A DNA stretch of 64,000 nt, taken from the NCBI GenBank assembly GCA_963678415.1, contig OY782833.1, forward strand, positions 818,648 through 882,647, in the 5' to 3' direction. Positions 19,302 through 29,710 of the stretch are shown here, one piece after another; position 1 is the first letter of the stretch, and each line of letters starts with the position of its first letter. Both the position numbers and the translations under genes were made by a program. The notes beneath the pieces are model-generated. The model ran no database searches. It worked only from the letters and a program-made list of their open reading frames with translations, and had not been told where the DNA came from. This stretch comes from Sphaerochaetaceae bacterium. Lineage in GTDB: Bacteria; Spirochaetota; Spirochaetia; Sphaerochaetales; Sphaerochaetaceae.

Positions 19302-19808
19302 TTGGATTATGTCATCCCTACACTAACTTTTATGATCTACCTTTTATCATTATTGATGATAATACGATTTATTTTTACTCCTGAGTGGCTATCTTGGTTA
19401 TTTCCTTTAGTTATCAACCTAATATTCGTTATATCTCAAGCTTACCAAAGCTTTGCCATAATGAAAAGTGAAAGTTTAGATTATAACCTATTTTCTACTT
19501 TTCCACCATTTATAACAAAAGCAAATAATTCAATTACGGCTCTTATTATATCTATTTTTTGGTTAATTATGATTTGCTTATTCTATAGAGCAATTAAAGC
19601 AAACAGAAAACCAAAAGATAAAAGAAAAGAAGCTATGAAAAACAATTACTATGGAGCTCTATATTCTCAACAACTAGAGAAGAGAAAATTAGATTATTTA
19701 AAAAAAGTACAAGAAGAAGAGGAAAAATATGGTTTTATAAAACCAGAAATCTACTCACATGATGAAGATTGGATAGACTTATTTGACGACGACAAGGATA
19801 ATAAATGA
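19302..19808 (+). CDS. Membrane protein with charged C-terminal tail, function unknown
   Basis: TTG start 9 nt after a GGAGG SD. About four hydrophobic helices followed by a K/E/D-rich tail. Its stop overlaps the aroK start (ATGA). Confidence 0.4.
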   Translation: MDYVIPTLTFMIYLLSLLMIIRFIFTPEWLSWLFPLVINLIFVISQAYQSFAIMKSESLDYNLFSTFPPFITKANNSITALIISIFWLIMICLFYRAIKANRKPKDKRKEAMKNNYYGALYSQQLEKRKLDYLKKVQEEEEKYGFIKPEIYSHDEDWIDLFDDDKDNK

Positions 19809-20314
19809 CATATTTTTTTGCAGGAATAAAACATAGTGGGAAAAGTACGCATGCTCGATTATATGCTGAATATAAAAACTTACCATTTTATGATTTAGAT
19901 AAATATATTGAAGATAATATTAACTACCCTAGTGTAAGAGAATTATATAAGGCAGAAGGGAAAGAAGCTTTTATGGAACAAGAATATATTTGTTTAAAAA
20001 AGTTATTAAAAGAAAATCCCCAAGATAAAGTAATTGCTCTTGGTGGTGGAATTTGTGAAAACCATAAAGCTTTTGAGTTATGTGACAATTTAATATTTTT
20101 AGATTTAGATGAAGAAGTATTATTTAAAAGAATTAATTTCTTAGGACTTCCTCCCTTTTTAGAAGGAGATCCAATAAATAAATTCCACATCTTATATAAT
20201 AAAAGAAGACCTTTATATAAAGAAAAAGCAAAGCTAACAATAAAATTGAAAGACGATAATATTGATAATATTTTTGAAATAGTGAAAAAAGAATTAATCA
20301 ACTGGGAGAAATAA
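19805..20314 (+). CDS. aroK: Shikimate kinase
   Basis: GIKHSGKST P-loop and LGGG motif. 169 aa. Immediately precedes aroC with overlapping stop and start. Confidence 0.65.
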   Translation: MTYFFAGIKHSGKSTHARLYAEYKNLPFYDLDKYIEDNINYPSVRELYKAEGKEAFMEQEYICLKKLLKENPQDKVIALGGGICENHKAFELCDNLIFLDLDEEVLFKRINFLGLPPFLEGDPINKFHILYNKRRPLYKEKAKLTIKLKDDNIDNIFEIVKKELINWEK

Positions 20315-21384
20315 TGGGAAACAACTCTTTTGGAAAAATATTAAGTATAACAACTTTTGGAGAATCTCATGGTGCAGCAATTGGTGTAACCATCGACGGA
20401 TTGACTCCTAATTTTCCACTGAATTTAGAGAAAGTACAACAGGATTTAAATAGAAGAAGACCTGGTGGAAATAAATTTGGAACAAAGCGAAATGAAAAAG
20501 ACCAATTAAAAGTCTTATCAGGAATGTTTGAAGGAAAAGTTACAGGAACCCCTCTAACAATTATAATAGAAAATACAAATCAAATCTCTAAAGATTATGG
20601 AGATATTAAAGATGTATTTAGGCCCTCTCATGCTGATTATACTCTTTATAAAAAATGTGGAATTAGAGACTACAGAGGTGGCGGTAGAGCTAGTGGTAGA
20701 GAAACTGCTAGTAGAGTAATTGCTGGTGCAATTGCAAAACAATATCTTGAATTAGATAAAATAAGTATTGAAGCTGCTACTATACAAATTGGAAACATCA
20801 AAGTTGATAAAGAGAAATCCTCCTATAATTGGGATTCTAGAGTAAATAATGATTTATATGTTCCTGATGATGAGAAGGCAAAAGAAATTGAGGCCTTTTT
20901 AGATAAACTAAGAAGAGAACAAGATAGTATTGGTGGAATAATTGAATGTAAAATTAAAAATTTACCTGTAGGCCTTGGTGAACCAACCTTTAATAAATTT
21001 GAAGCACAACTAGCTAAAGCCATGTTAAGCATAGGCGCTGTTAGAGGTTTTGAAATTGGACAAGGTTTTGAGAGTGCTAAACTTAAAGGCTCTCAATTTA
21101 ATGACCAAATGGATAAAAATGGATTTTTATCAAATAATAATGGAGGCGTACTAGGAGGAATAACAAACTCTCAAGATGTAATATTTAGAGTAGCTTTTAA
21201 ACCAACCCCTTCTATATCGCTTGCTCAAAAAACAATTGATAAAAACAATAATGAAAAAATTATAGAAATTAAAGGACGTCATGATCCTTGTATATGCCCA
21301 AGAGCTGTTGTAGTTGTTGAAGCAATGGCTGCACTTGTTGCATTAGACTTTAAAATGGAAAACGAATGTAGGAGGCCTTTTTAA
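20314..21384 (+). CDS. aroC: Chorismate synthase
   Basis: FGESHG, RPGHADY-like (RPSHADY), GGGRASGRETA and GRHDPC signatures. Confidence 0.9.
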   Translation: MGNNSFGKILSITTFGESHGAAIGVTIDGLTPNFPLNLEKVQQDLNRRRPGGNKFGTKRNEKDQLKVLSGMFEGKVTGTPLTIIIENTNQISKDYGDIKDVFRPSHADYTLYKKCGIRDYRGGGRASGRETASRVIAGAIAKQYLELDKISIEAATIQIGNIKVDKEKSSYNWDSRVNNDLYVPDDEKAKEIEAFLDKLRREQDSIGGIIECKIKNLPVGLGEPTFNKFEAQLAKAMLSIGAVRGFEIGQGFESAKLKGSQFNDQMDKNGFLSNNNGGVLGGITNSQDVIFRVAFKPTPSISLAQKTIDKNNNEKIIEIKGRHDPCICPRAVVVVEAMAALVALDFKMENECRRPF

Positions 21385-23298
21385 TTGAAAGATACCCCTT
21401 TAATAGTACAAAGTGATAGAACATTATTGCTTGATGTACACCACCCTCAATTTGAGGCTTGTAGAAACGATATATCAACTTTTTGTGACTTAATAAAAAG
21501 TCCTGAACATGTACATACTTATGCTTTAACTCCTATTTCATTATGGAATGCAGCATCATGTAAAATTGTAAGCTCAACAGTAATAGAAAAATTGAACCAG
21601 TGGTCAAAATTTCCATTAACTGATTCAGTTATATTCTTTATTGAAGATATCTCATCAAGATTTGGGAAATTAGTTTTAACTGAAGATGATCGAGAAGGAG
21701 CTATTGTTTCTTCTTTAGAAACTGAACACAAATCAAATGATGAAATAGATGCAACTTTAAACGAATATTTAAGAATTAAAACTCAGAATTCTAAAATTAA
21801 AAGAGATTTATTAAAGAAAAAGAGAGATGGTCAAGAATTAAGTGAAGAAGAACAAGCCCTCTTAGATTCTTTAATTGTAAATGTAACTGTTAAAACAGAA
21901 GAAGATATAAAGAATAATGTTAAATCTTCTTATGAAGAAGTATATTTACTTAAAATTAGTGACCCTTTAATCTTTAAAATTCTAGAAAATCATAGAGAAT
22001 TAAACTCATTTTTATTTAAAGTTAGCAAAGACACTTTTGCACTTAGAAAATTAGATAGAGGTGAAATTAAAGTAAAACTAATTGAACTAGGATACCCTGT
22101 AGATGACCAAATTCCGTTAAAAAAAGGAATCCCAATTGATGTTAAATTAAGAGATACTACTTTAGAAGGAAAACCTTTTGAGATAAGAGATTATCAAGAG
22201 AAGGCGGCTCAAACTCTAGTAGGTAATGCTCAAGCGGGTTCAGGATATGGAACCATAGTTCTTCCTTGTGGATCAGGTAAAACTATAATTGGTATCGATA
22301 TTTTAGCAAAACTAGCTACAAGAACTCTTGTAATAACAACCAATGTTGCTTCAGTTCATCAATGGGTGAATGAAATTGCAGATAAAACAACCCTAACCGC
22401 TGATGAAATTGGGGAATATACAGGTGAGAACAAAAGTGCTAAAAAAGTTACTGTTTGTACATATCAAGTATTAACTTGGAGGCCAGATAAAATTGGACCT
22501 TTCCCTCATTTTGAACTACTCACAAAAGGTGAATGGGGTTTAATAATTTATGATGAAGTACATATGCTACCTGCTCCAGTTTTCAAAGTTACAGCAGAAC
22601 TACAAAGTCTACACCGTGTAGGTTTAACAGCAACTCTAGTTAGAGAAGACCATAAAGAAGATCAAGTATTTTCTTTAGTTGGACCAAAGAGATTTGATGT
22701 ACCTTGGAGTGAGTTAGAGCAAAGAGGTTTTATAGCTCAAGCTTTCTGTAGCGAAATAAGGATACCTCTTCCTTTAGATTTAGAAGTTCCTTATGCCTTA
22801 GCAAAACCAAGAGAACAATTTAAAATTGCAAGTGAAAACCCTAGAAAACTTGAAGTAGTTCATACATTATTAAAAAAACATGAAGGTGAATTTATTTTAA
22901 TCATTGGACAATATTTATCACAGCTAAAAGTTGTAGCTAAAGAGTTAAATACACCAATAATAACAGGATCTACTGCTAATAAAAAAAGAGATGAATTATA
23001 CTCTAAGTTTAGAAAAGGTGAATTAAAAGTTTTAGTTGTATCAAAAGTTGCTAACTTTGCAATTGATTTACCTGATGCTTCAGTTGCAATTCAACTTTCA
23101 GGAACTTTTGGGTCAAGAGCAGAAGAAGCTCAAAGATTAGGAAGAATACTAAGACCTAAAAAAATCAGTAGCCATTTTTATTCACTAGTAACTCAAAATT
23201 CTAATGAAGAAGAATTTGCTCTTAATAGACAAAAATTTTTGGCAGAACAGGGATATAAATATTCAATAGAAATTTATGATAAAGAAGAAACAATATAA
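21385..23298 (+). CDS. XPB/Ssl2 (ERCC3/RAD25)-type SF2 DNA helicase
   Basis: TTG start 10 nt after an AGGAGG SD. LPCGSGKT (motif I), YDEVHMLPA (DEVH), TATLVREDHKE (XPB-specific RED motif), QRLGRILR (motif VI). The N-terminal damage-recognition-type domain begins PLIVQSDRTLLLD. Confidence 0.85.
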   Translation: MKDTPLIVQSDRTLLLDVHHPQFEACRNDISTFCDLIKSPEHVHTYALTPISLWNAASCKIVSSTVIEKLNQWSKFPLTDSVIFFIEDISSRFGKLVLTEDDREGAIVSSLETEHKSNDEIDATLNEYLRIKTQNSKIKRDLLKKKRDGQELSEEEQALLDSLIVNVTVKTEEDIKNNVKSSYEEVYLLKISDPLIFKILENHRELNSFLFKVSKDTFALRKLDRGEIKVKLIELGYPVDDQIPLKKGIPIDVKLRDTTLEGKPFEIRDYQEKAAQTLVGNAQAGSGYGTIVLPCGSGKTIIGIDILAKLATRTLVITTNVASVHQWVNEIADKTTLTADEIGEYTGENKSAKKVTVCTYQVLTWRPDKIGPFPHFELLTKGEWGLIIYDEVHMLPAPVFKVTAELQSLHRVGLTATLVREDHKEDQVFSLVGPKRFDVPWSELEQRGFIAQAFCSEIRIPLPLDLEVPYALAKPREQFKIASENPRKLEVVHTLLKKHEGEFILIIGQYLSQLKVVAKELNTPIITGSTANKKRDELYSKFRKGELKVLVVSKVANFAIDLPDASVAIQLSGTFGSRAEEAQRLGRILRPKKISSHFYSLVTQNSNEEEFALNRQKFLAEQGYKYSIEIYDKEETI

Positions 23299-23312
23299 TA
23301 AGGTAAAGTAAT

Positions 23313-25346
23313 ATGAAAAAAGATCCAGATTTTTTTAAAAGATGGTTAATCAATTTGGATAATGAAAAATTTTATTATGAAGCTAGAAATTTTTTACCAG
23401 AAACTACAACGCCCTTTAACCAGGAAATTGTTAGCGAAAATTTAATTAGCTTTTTCCTAAATGATGAAAAAGCTAGTGCATTGCTATCAACAATAGATAG
23501 TGTAGATAGCCTAATATTAGGAATTTTATATATATCTAATGGTGCGTCAACTGGACAAATATTAAAGCTTATAAAACCATTTGAAAAAAGTGTACAAAGT
23601 GAAAATAAGGAATTTGTTTATTACTCTTATTTTGATAACAATAAAAACATAGAAGCTTTTAGCTATGTTTCATTAATTGAGCATATTTCAAATTTAAGTA
23701 AAAGATTAATAATACTCTCAATAGATAACAAATTTATTTTGAATCCCATATTTGGTGAAAATTTAATTAAAAAAGCTTCATTGCTTCCTATTCTTTATAA
23801 TGATAATGAATACTTGCCAGAATTAAATTCAAATGTAATTAATGGTGAATTTTTAAGAGGATATTTAAGTATAGTTAAAACAAATCCTAAATTAACTGAT
23901 TATCAAAAACGAAATTATGTCTCTCTATTATTCCCCTCTTATACTGTAGAAGAGTTAATTAAAACAACCGAATTGGTAGATAATTTATTATCCGAACTTG
24001 AGATTTTTAAACCTTTTGATACTATTGAATATGAAATTTTACAGAAATTAATAGACCTTTCATCTTTTGATTTAGCAGTATTATTTTTATCAAAAGCTAT
24101 AGCTCCATTATTTGATAATTATGATAAAGTTTTCATCTTTACAAAAAAAGTTTTAAATTATTTGATTAATTTAAAGACTTTTGATGAAAAAGCTTTGAAG
24201 TTTATTTTAGAAACACAAGAAATTTGTTTTGATATAGAACATAATGATGAATTAATACAAATACTATTAGATCTTAGGATAATTCAAAAAAATGAAACCA
24301 ATTATCAAGTAAATAAATTTGAAAAGACATTATCAGAACCAGAGCCTTTAATTTTTGATACGGATTTAACAGTTAAATATATAGGAAATAGAGGAAGAAA
24401 TGATATCCTTTGGCGATTTGCATCCTTATGTTCATATGATATACAAACAACATATAAGCTCTCAAAAGAAGACTTTAGAGATGCTTTAGATAGTTCAATG
24501 AAAAAAGAGACTGTTATTAAATATATTATGGAAAACTGTAATAATTTAGATAATTGCTCAGCTTTAAATTATTTTGATTTAATTGAAAAACAATACAGTC
24601 AATTAAGCGTTTATGATGGAATAATAATCCAAGCTGATAAAAGAATTTCTAGAATTATTGAACACCATCCAGAAATGGAAGAGTATATTTTAAAGAAACT
24701 AGCTGATGGAGTTTATCTAATGTCCAGAGAGAAAGAAGCTCAATGGACTAATTTGTTAGAAAAAGCAGGACTAATAGTACCAAGAAGAAAAGGTGACTTA
24801 ATTCAAAGTGAAACTTTTTTTACTAATGAGCAATGGAGAATAAGTAAAAATTATCATTTACAACAGGATCAATTAGCTATAATTGATGCATTAGAAACAA
24901 TAGAAAAATCTCTTTCAACATTTGAAAAATTAATACTAAAAAATGAAGTAAGTAAAAAGACTTTTAATTCAAAACCTCTTAGAGGTCAAATCGAATTATC
25001 AGATTTAAACAAACCTGAGAAAATGGATCTTAAAAATCGTTTAAGAAATTCTATGATTGTTGATGAATCACAAATTGCTCCTTTAGTTCTAGATACAGAT
25101 ATTAGTGCTAGTGGATTCGAATTTAGAAGAAAAGTAAATGTTTGTAAAATGGCTAGCAAAGAAGACAATACAGTTTTAAAAGTTACTTATTTAACTCATG
25201 AATTATTACTATTAGTTGAAAAAGTAAAAGCTGAAACTCAAAATGAATACTTTGTAGTTGCAAGAAAACTTCCAACTCTTGAAACAGTTACCTTGCCCAT
25301 AAGCAAAATATTCAATGCAAAAATTATGAATTATGTAATTAACTAA
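23313..25346 (+). CDS. XPB-associated 677-aa protein of unknown function with an internal XPB-N-terminal-like domain
   Basis: Starts 14 nt after the XPB stop and has its own AAGG SD. Residues 345-436 (PLIFDTDLTV...RNDI...TYKLS...VIKYI) align by eye with XPB residues 5-97 (PLIVQSDRTL...RNDI...TYALT...VIEKL). Confidence 0.6.
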   Translation: MKKDPDFFKRWLINLDNEKFYYEARNFLPETTTPFNQEIVSENLISFFLNDEKASALLSTIDSVDSLILGILYISNGASTGQILKLIKPFEKSVQSENKEFVYYSYFDNNKNIEAFSYVSLIEHISNLSKRLIILSIDNKFILNPIFGENLIKKASLLPILYNDNEYLPELNSNVINGEFLRGYLSIVKTNPKLTDYQKRNYVSLLFPSYTVEELIKTTELVDNLLSELEIFKPFDTIEYEILQKLIDLSSFDLAVLFLSKAIAPLFDNYDKVFIFTKKVLNYLINLKTFDEKALKFILETQEICFDIEHNDELIQILLDLRIIQKNETNYQVNKFEKTLSEPEPLIFDTDLTVKYIGNRGRNDILWRFASLCSYDIQTTYKLSKEDFRDALDSSMKKETVIKYIMENCNNLDNCSALNYFDLIEKQYSQLSVYDGIIIQADKRISRIIEHHPEMEEYILKKLADGVYLMSREKEAQWTNLLEKAGLIVPRRKGDLIQSETFFTNEQWRISKNYHLQQDQLAIIDALETIEKSLSTFEKLILKNEVSKKTFNSKPLRGQIELSDLNKPEKMDLKNRLRNSMIVDESQIAPLVLDTDISASGFEFRRKVNVCKMASKEDNTVLKVTYLTHELLLLVEKVKAETQNEYFVVARKLPTLETVTLPISKIFNAKIMNYVIN

Positions 25347-25358
25347 CGTGGAGGAAAC

Positions 25359-26117
25359 ATGAACATAATTAGATTTAAATACAATGATGAAGTTCTTTAT
25401 GGAAATTATAATTTAGAAACAAAAAAAATTACAATTTATGAAGGAACTCCATTTGAAGGATTTTTCAAAACTAATGAACAATTAGATATTGAAAATGTTA
25501 AAGTCTTAACACCTTGTGATTTTTCAAAAGCTGTATGTATTGGTTTAAATTATAGAGATCATGCAATTGAGTTTGAACTACCAATTCCTGAAAGTCCAAT
25601 TGTTTTTATAAAACCATCCACAAGTGCTTTAGCTCACAAAGAAACAGTAATAAAACCTGATGTTTGCAAAAGACTAGATTATGAAGCAGAATTAGCTGTA
25701 GTAATTAAAAAAGCTGCTAAAAATGTAAAAGAAGAAGAAGTAAATGACTATATTTTAGGCTATACTTGTGCAAATGATATTACTGCTAGAGATTTACAAC
25801 CGAAAACAGGTCAATGGACTATTGCAAAAGGATTTGATACATTCTGCCCTTTTGGATATGTAATAAATACTGATTTAGATCCAAGTAATTTAAAAATTTC
25901 AAGCCAAGTTAATGGAAAAATCATGCAAGAATCCAATACAAAAAATTTAATTTTTGATGTTCCTTTCTTAGTAAGTTATTTATCTTCAATAATGACATTA
26001 TTACCAGGGGATATAATTCTTACAGGAACTCCTGGTGGAATTAGTGGTATGCAAAAAGGTGATGAAGTAAAAATTATTATTGAAGGATTACCAACTCTTG
26101 TTAACACAATAGGATAA
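25359..26117 (+). CDS. Fumarylacetoacetate hydrolase (FAH)-family protein
   Basis: GLNYRDH, YEAELAVVI and ILTGTPGG motifs typical of the FAH/HpcE-like family. Confidence 0.8.
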   Translation: MNIIRFKYNDEVLYGNYNLETKKITIYEGTPFEGFFKTNEQLDIENVKVLTPCDFSKAVCIGLNYRDHAIEFELPIPESPIVFIKPSTSALAHKETVIKPDVCKRLDYEAELAVVIKKAAKNVKEEEVNDYILGYTCANDITARDLQPKTGQWTIAKGFDTFCPFGYVINTDLDPSNLKISSQVNGKIMQESNTKNLIFDVPFLVSYLSSIMTLLPGDIILTGTPGGISGMQKGDEVKIIIEGLPTLVNTIG

Positions 26118-26149
26118 TAATAAATTATTTACTTAATAAAAAATTTAAG

Positions 26150-26184
26150 CTACCAAAGAGTTAATCAGCTTTGGTAGTTTTTTT
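26150..26184. terminator. Bidirectional terminator
   Basis: CTACCAAAG-10nt-CTTTGGTAG followed by T7. An A-run lies on the other side. Confidence 0.6.
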
Positions 26185-27670
26185 ATAGTTCAATATCTAC
26201 CCAATGAGGATAATGATAGCCTGTGAAAGATTCAAATTGTAATTTACCTTGCGCTATTAACATATCTGAGCCATTAATTACTTTACAGCCCTGAGCTTGA
26301 GCTCTTTTAAGTAACTTTGTATATTTTGGTTTATAAATTAAATCATAAACAATACAAGATTTATCAAATTCTAAATCCTTAATTATATCTTGATCTTCAT
26401 TTGGACTCATTCCTACAACAGTGGTTTGAACTATTAAATCAATTTTCTCATCTATTGTATTAACTTTATCTAATTCAATGTAATTACTCATTGTTTCACT
26501 TGCGAGAAGTTTTGCTTTACTTATAGTTCTATTTGCAATAGTAACTTTTACATGATGATTTCTTAATGCCCAAACAACGGCTCTTGAAGCTCCACCTGCA
26601 CCAATAATTAAAGCATTTTTTATCTTGCCTAAACTAATTTCATTTTCAATAGGTGCTAAAAAGCCATAATAATCAGTATTAGTGCCTTTCCACATTCCTT
26701 GAATTCTAGTAACTGTATTACAAGCACCAATTTGTTTAACTTCTCTCGTTATTTTACCTAAATAAGGTAAAACATCTCTCTTATGAGGAACGGTAACAGA
26801 AAATCCATGGATTTTAATTAACTCTGCCAATTTAAAGAAAGCTCTAACTTTATCAACTAAAAATGGAACATATATTGCATTATAATGAATTGCATCAAAA
26901 CCAGGGTTATGAATTTTTGGAGATGCTGTGTGTAAAACAGGATTTCCAATAATACCATAAACATTTGTTCTATTATTAACTTGATCTGCTCTATAAAGAA
27001 GTTTTAAAGACTTTGCTGATAATTGACCAGGGGCTATTTCAGTTTCACTTGCAAAAGTTAACAAGGATCCTATTTTTTTATATAAAATTCTTGTACAAAC
27101 ACCATAATCACCCATTCCAATTATTATTTTTTCTTTTACATCTTTAAGTTCTTCATTAATTCTGAATAAAGAAACAACATCAACAATTGTATTTGGAGTA
27201 ACAGCTACTTTTGGAATATCCCCTTTTTTTGCTAACTTTGTTACTAAAGAAAATAAATTAGATGGAATCTTCTCCATATCATGGAAAGATCTAATAATTT
27301 TTACACCTTTATCTCTTAATTCATTTTCAAAGTCAAATCTAGGAGCGTCTTCTTCCCCTTTTATCTTTAAATCAGATTTTTTTACATCTTCTTCAATATC
27401 TACATAAGAAAAATCGCCTTGAAGGACAATTTCTCTCAATTTTATCATTCGAATTTTATCACTTAACTGGGATTTACCTCCATCACTAACTCTTCTAAAG
27501 GTTGCAATAGTTGGTAAAGCACACAATCTAGGAAAAATTTGTGCACTAGCTAATTCAGCCTCTTCTAACAAATCTAATCTTAATTCCACCATGTCAATGT
27601 ATGGTTTATTTCGTTCAACTTGCTTTAAAGCATTAGTTAATGTACTTTCTGTTGTTGTAAGGCAAATCAA
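26183..27670 (-). CDS. aroDE: Fused 3-dehydroquinate dehydratase (type I) / shikimate dehydrogenase
   Basis: TTG start after a GGAGGAAGG SD. The N-terminal half (VELRLDLL...) is type I DHQase-like. The C-terminal half has YGIIGNPVLHTASP and IGAGGASRAV (SDH substrate and NADP motifs). Confidence 0.8.
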   Translation of the reverse strand: MICLTTTESTLTNALKQVERNKPYIDMVELRLDLLEEAELASAQIFPRLCALPTIATFRRVSDGGKSQLSDKIRMIKLREIVLQGDFSYVDIEEDVKKSDLKIKGEEDAPRFDFENELRDKGVKIIRSFHDMEKIPSNLFSLVTKLAKKGDIPKVAVTPNTIVDVVSLFRINEELKDVKEKIIIGMGDYGVCTRILYKKIGSLLTFASETEIAPGQLSAKSLKLLYRADQVNNRTNVYGIIGNPVLHTASPKIHNPGFDAIHYNAIYVPFLVDKVRAFFKLAELIKIHGFSVTVPHKRDVLPYLGKITREVKQIGACNTVTRIQGMWKGTNTDYYGFLAPIENEISLGKIKNALIIGAGGASRAVVWALRNHHVKVTIANRTISKAKLLASETMSNYIELDKVNTIDEKIDLIVQTTVVGMSPNEDQDIIKDLEFDKSCIVYDLIYKPKYTKLLKRAQAQGCKVINGSDMLIAQGKLQFESFTGYHYPHWVDIEL

Positions 27671-27767
27671 TTGGACCTTCCTCCTGTTGTCATAAAAAAC
27701 GACTATATGATAAACTCTATAATAACGGTAATATCATTACTTAGCAACATAAAACCGGGAGAAAAAC

Positions 27768-29702
27768 ATGGGAACTCTACAAGTTCAACATATAAATTTA
27801 GCTTTTTCTGATAGAGATTTATTACTTGATATTAACTTTATATTAAATGAAAAATCAAGATGTGCTTTAGTTGGAGGCAACGGAAGCGGTAAATCAACAT
27901 TATTAAAAGTAATTAATGGTGAAATTCAAGCAGATAGTTTAGAAATTACTAAAACAAAAGGTTTAAGAATTTCTTACTTACCACAAAGTGATATAGTTTT
28001 TGAGCAAGATACATTATATGATGAAGTAGAAAAAAGTTATCATAGATTCAATGAAATATTAGAAACTAAGAAAATCTTAGAAAACAAACTTGAAAATAGT
28101 AAAGAAAATGAAAATTTAGAACCTACCCTTTTAAAACTTCATCAAATTCAAGAAGAACTATTACATAGTGGCTATTTTGATAGAAAAGTTACAATAGAAA
28201 AAATATTATTAGGTTTAGGCTTTGAAATAAATGATTTTAATAGGACTTGTGATCAATTCTCAGGCGGCTGGCAAATGAGAATTGCTTTAGCAAAAGTTCT
28301 TTTAGAAAACCCAGATATAATGCTATTGGACGAACCTACAAACTATTTAGATATTGAAGCTAGAATTTGGTTAAAAAACTATTTAAAAGCCTACAAAGGG
28401 GGGCTTATGCTAGTAAGCCATGACCAAGGTTTTTTAGATGAATCAATAAATGAAGTTTTTGAATTATTTAATGGAAGATTAACTCATTATAGTGGTAACT
28501 ATTCTTCATATTTAGTTCAAAGGGAAATAGAAATTGAACAAAAGAAAAAACTATTAGAAAAACAATTATCTCAAATTGAGAAAACTGAACAGTTTATAGA
28601 AAAATTTAGATATAAAGCAAGTAAAGCAAAACAAGTTCAAAGCAGAATCAAACAAATAGAAAAGATTGATTTAGTAGAAATCCCTTCTCATTTAGAAAAA
28701 CTTCACTTCACTTTCCCTAAAGCTCCTCATAGTGGAAAAGAAGTATTGAAAGTAAATAATCTATCTAAAAGTTATGGACAATTAAATATTTTTAATGACT
28801 TAAGTTTCTTGGTTTCCAAAAATGATAGAATTGCAGTAACTGGTAGAAATGGTAAAGGTAAAAGTACTTTATTGAGAATGCTTTGTGGACGAGATAAAGA
28901 TTATTTAGGAGAAATCCAAGAAGGCGCAAATGTTCAAATTGGTTATTTTGCTCAAGACACTGAAAAAACATTGAATCCAAATAATTCTATAATTGAAGAA
29001 TTAGAAACTGTTGCAAATACAGACCAACTTCCACTTTTAAGAAATTATTTAGGGTCTTTTTTGTTCCACGGAGATGATGTTTTTAAAAAAATAAGTGTAC
29101 TCAGTGGAGGAGAAAGAAGCCGCTTAGCATTATTAAAAATTTTAATGCATCCCGTTAATTTATTAATTCTAGATGAACCTACAAACCATTTAGATATAAA
29201 TGCTAAAGAAATGTTAATTGAAGCACTAAAAAAATATAATGGTACAATGGTATTCGTAAGTCACGATACATTCTTTATTGAACATTTAGCTACTAGAATT
29301 TTATACTTAAGTGATGAAAAACCAACTTTCTTTGAAGGTGATTATGCTTACTTCAAATTAAAACTTGAAGAAAAAGAACAGTTCATTGATGAAAGTGAAC
29401 AAAATAATGAAATTAAAAAAAATGAATCAAAAGGTGCTAGTAATTATAAAGCCCAAAGAGAAAAAAATAATAGAATAAATAAGTTAAAAAAGACTAATGA
29501 AATGTTATTAGAAAAAACTGAACAAATAAATGATAAAATCAAGCTATTAGAAATTGAAATGACAAAAGAAGAGGTATATTCTGTAGCTGAGAAAATAAAT
29601 AAAGTAATTGATGAAAAAACAAAACTAACTCAGGAAATTGAAAAAAACGAAGAATTGTGGTTATTAAACGAAGAAGAACTGCAAGAATTATTAAACGAAT
29701 AA
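27768..29702 (+). CDS. ABC-F family ATPase (no transmembrane domain)
   Basis: Two cassettes: GGNGSGKST/LSGGW/LLDEPTN and GRNGKGKST/LSGGE/ILDEPTN. They are separated by a linker, and the protein ends in a coiled-coil tail. Confidence 0.85.
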   Translation: MGTLQVQHINLAFSDRDLLLDINFILNEKSRCALVGGNGSGKSTLLKVINGEIQADSLEITKTKGLRISYLPQSDIVFEQDTLYDEVEKSYHRFNEILETKKILENKLENSKENENLEPTLLKLHQIQEELLHSGYFDRKVTIEKILLGLGFEINDFNRTCDQFSGGWQMRIALAKVLLENPDIMLLDEPTNYLDIEARIWLKNYLKAYKGGLMLVSHDQGFLDESINEVFELFNGRLTHYSGNYSSYLVQREIEIEQKKKLLEKQLSQIEKTEQFIEKFRYKASKAKQVQSRIKQIEKIDLVEIPSHLEKLHFTFPKAPHSGKEVLKVNNLSKSYGQLNIFNDLSFLVSKNDRIAVTGRNGKGKSTLLRMLCGRDKDYLGEIQEGANVQIGYFAQDTEKTLNPNNSIIEELETVANTDQLPLLRNYLGSFLFHGDDVFKKISVLSGGERSRLALLKILMHPVNLLILDEPTNHLDINAKEMLIEALKKYNGTMVFVSHDTFFIEHLATRILYLSDEKPTFFEGDYAYFKLKLEEKEQFIDESEQNNEIKKNESKGASNYKAQREKNNRINKLKKTNEMLLEKTEQINDKIKLLEIEMTKEEVYSVAEKINKVIDEKTKLTQEIEKNEELWLLNEEELQELLNE

Positions 29703-29710
29703 GGAGAAAA

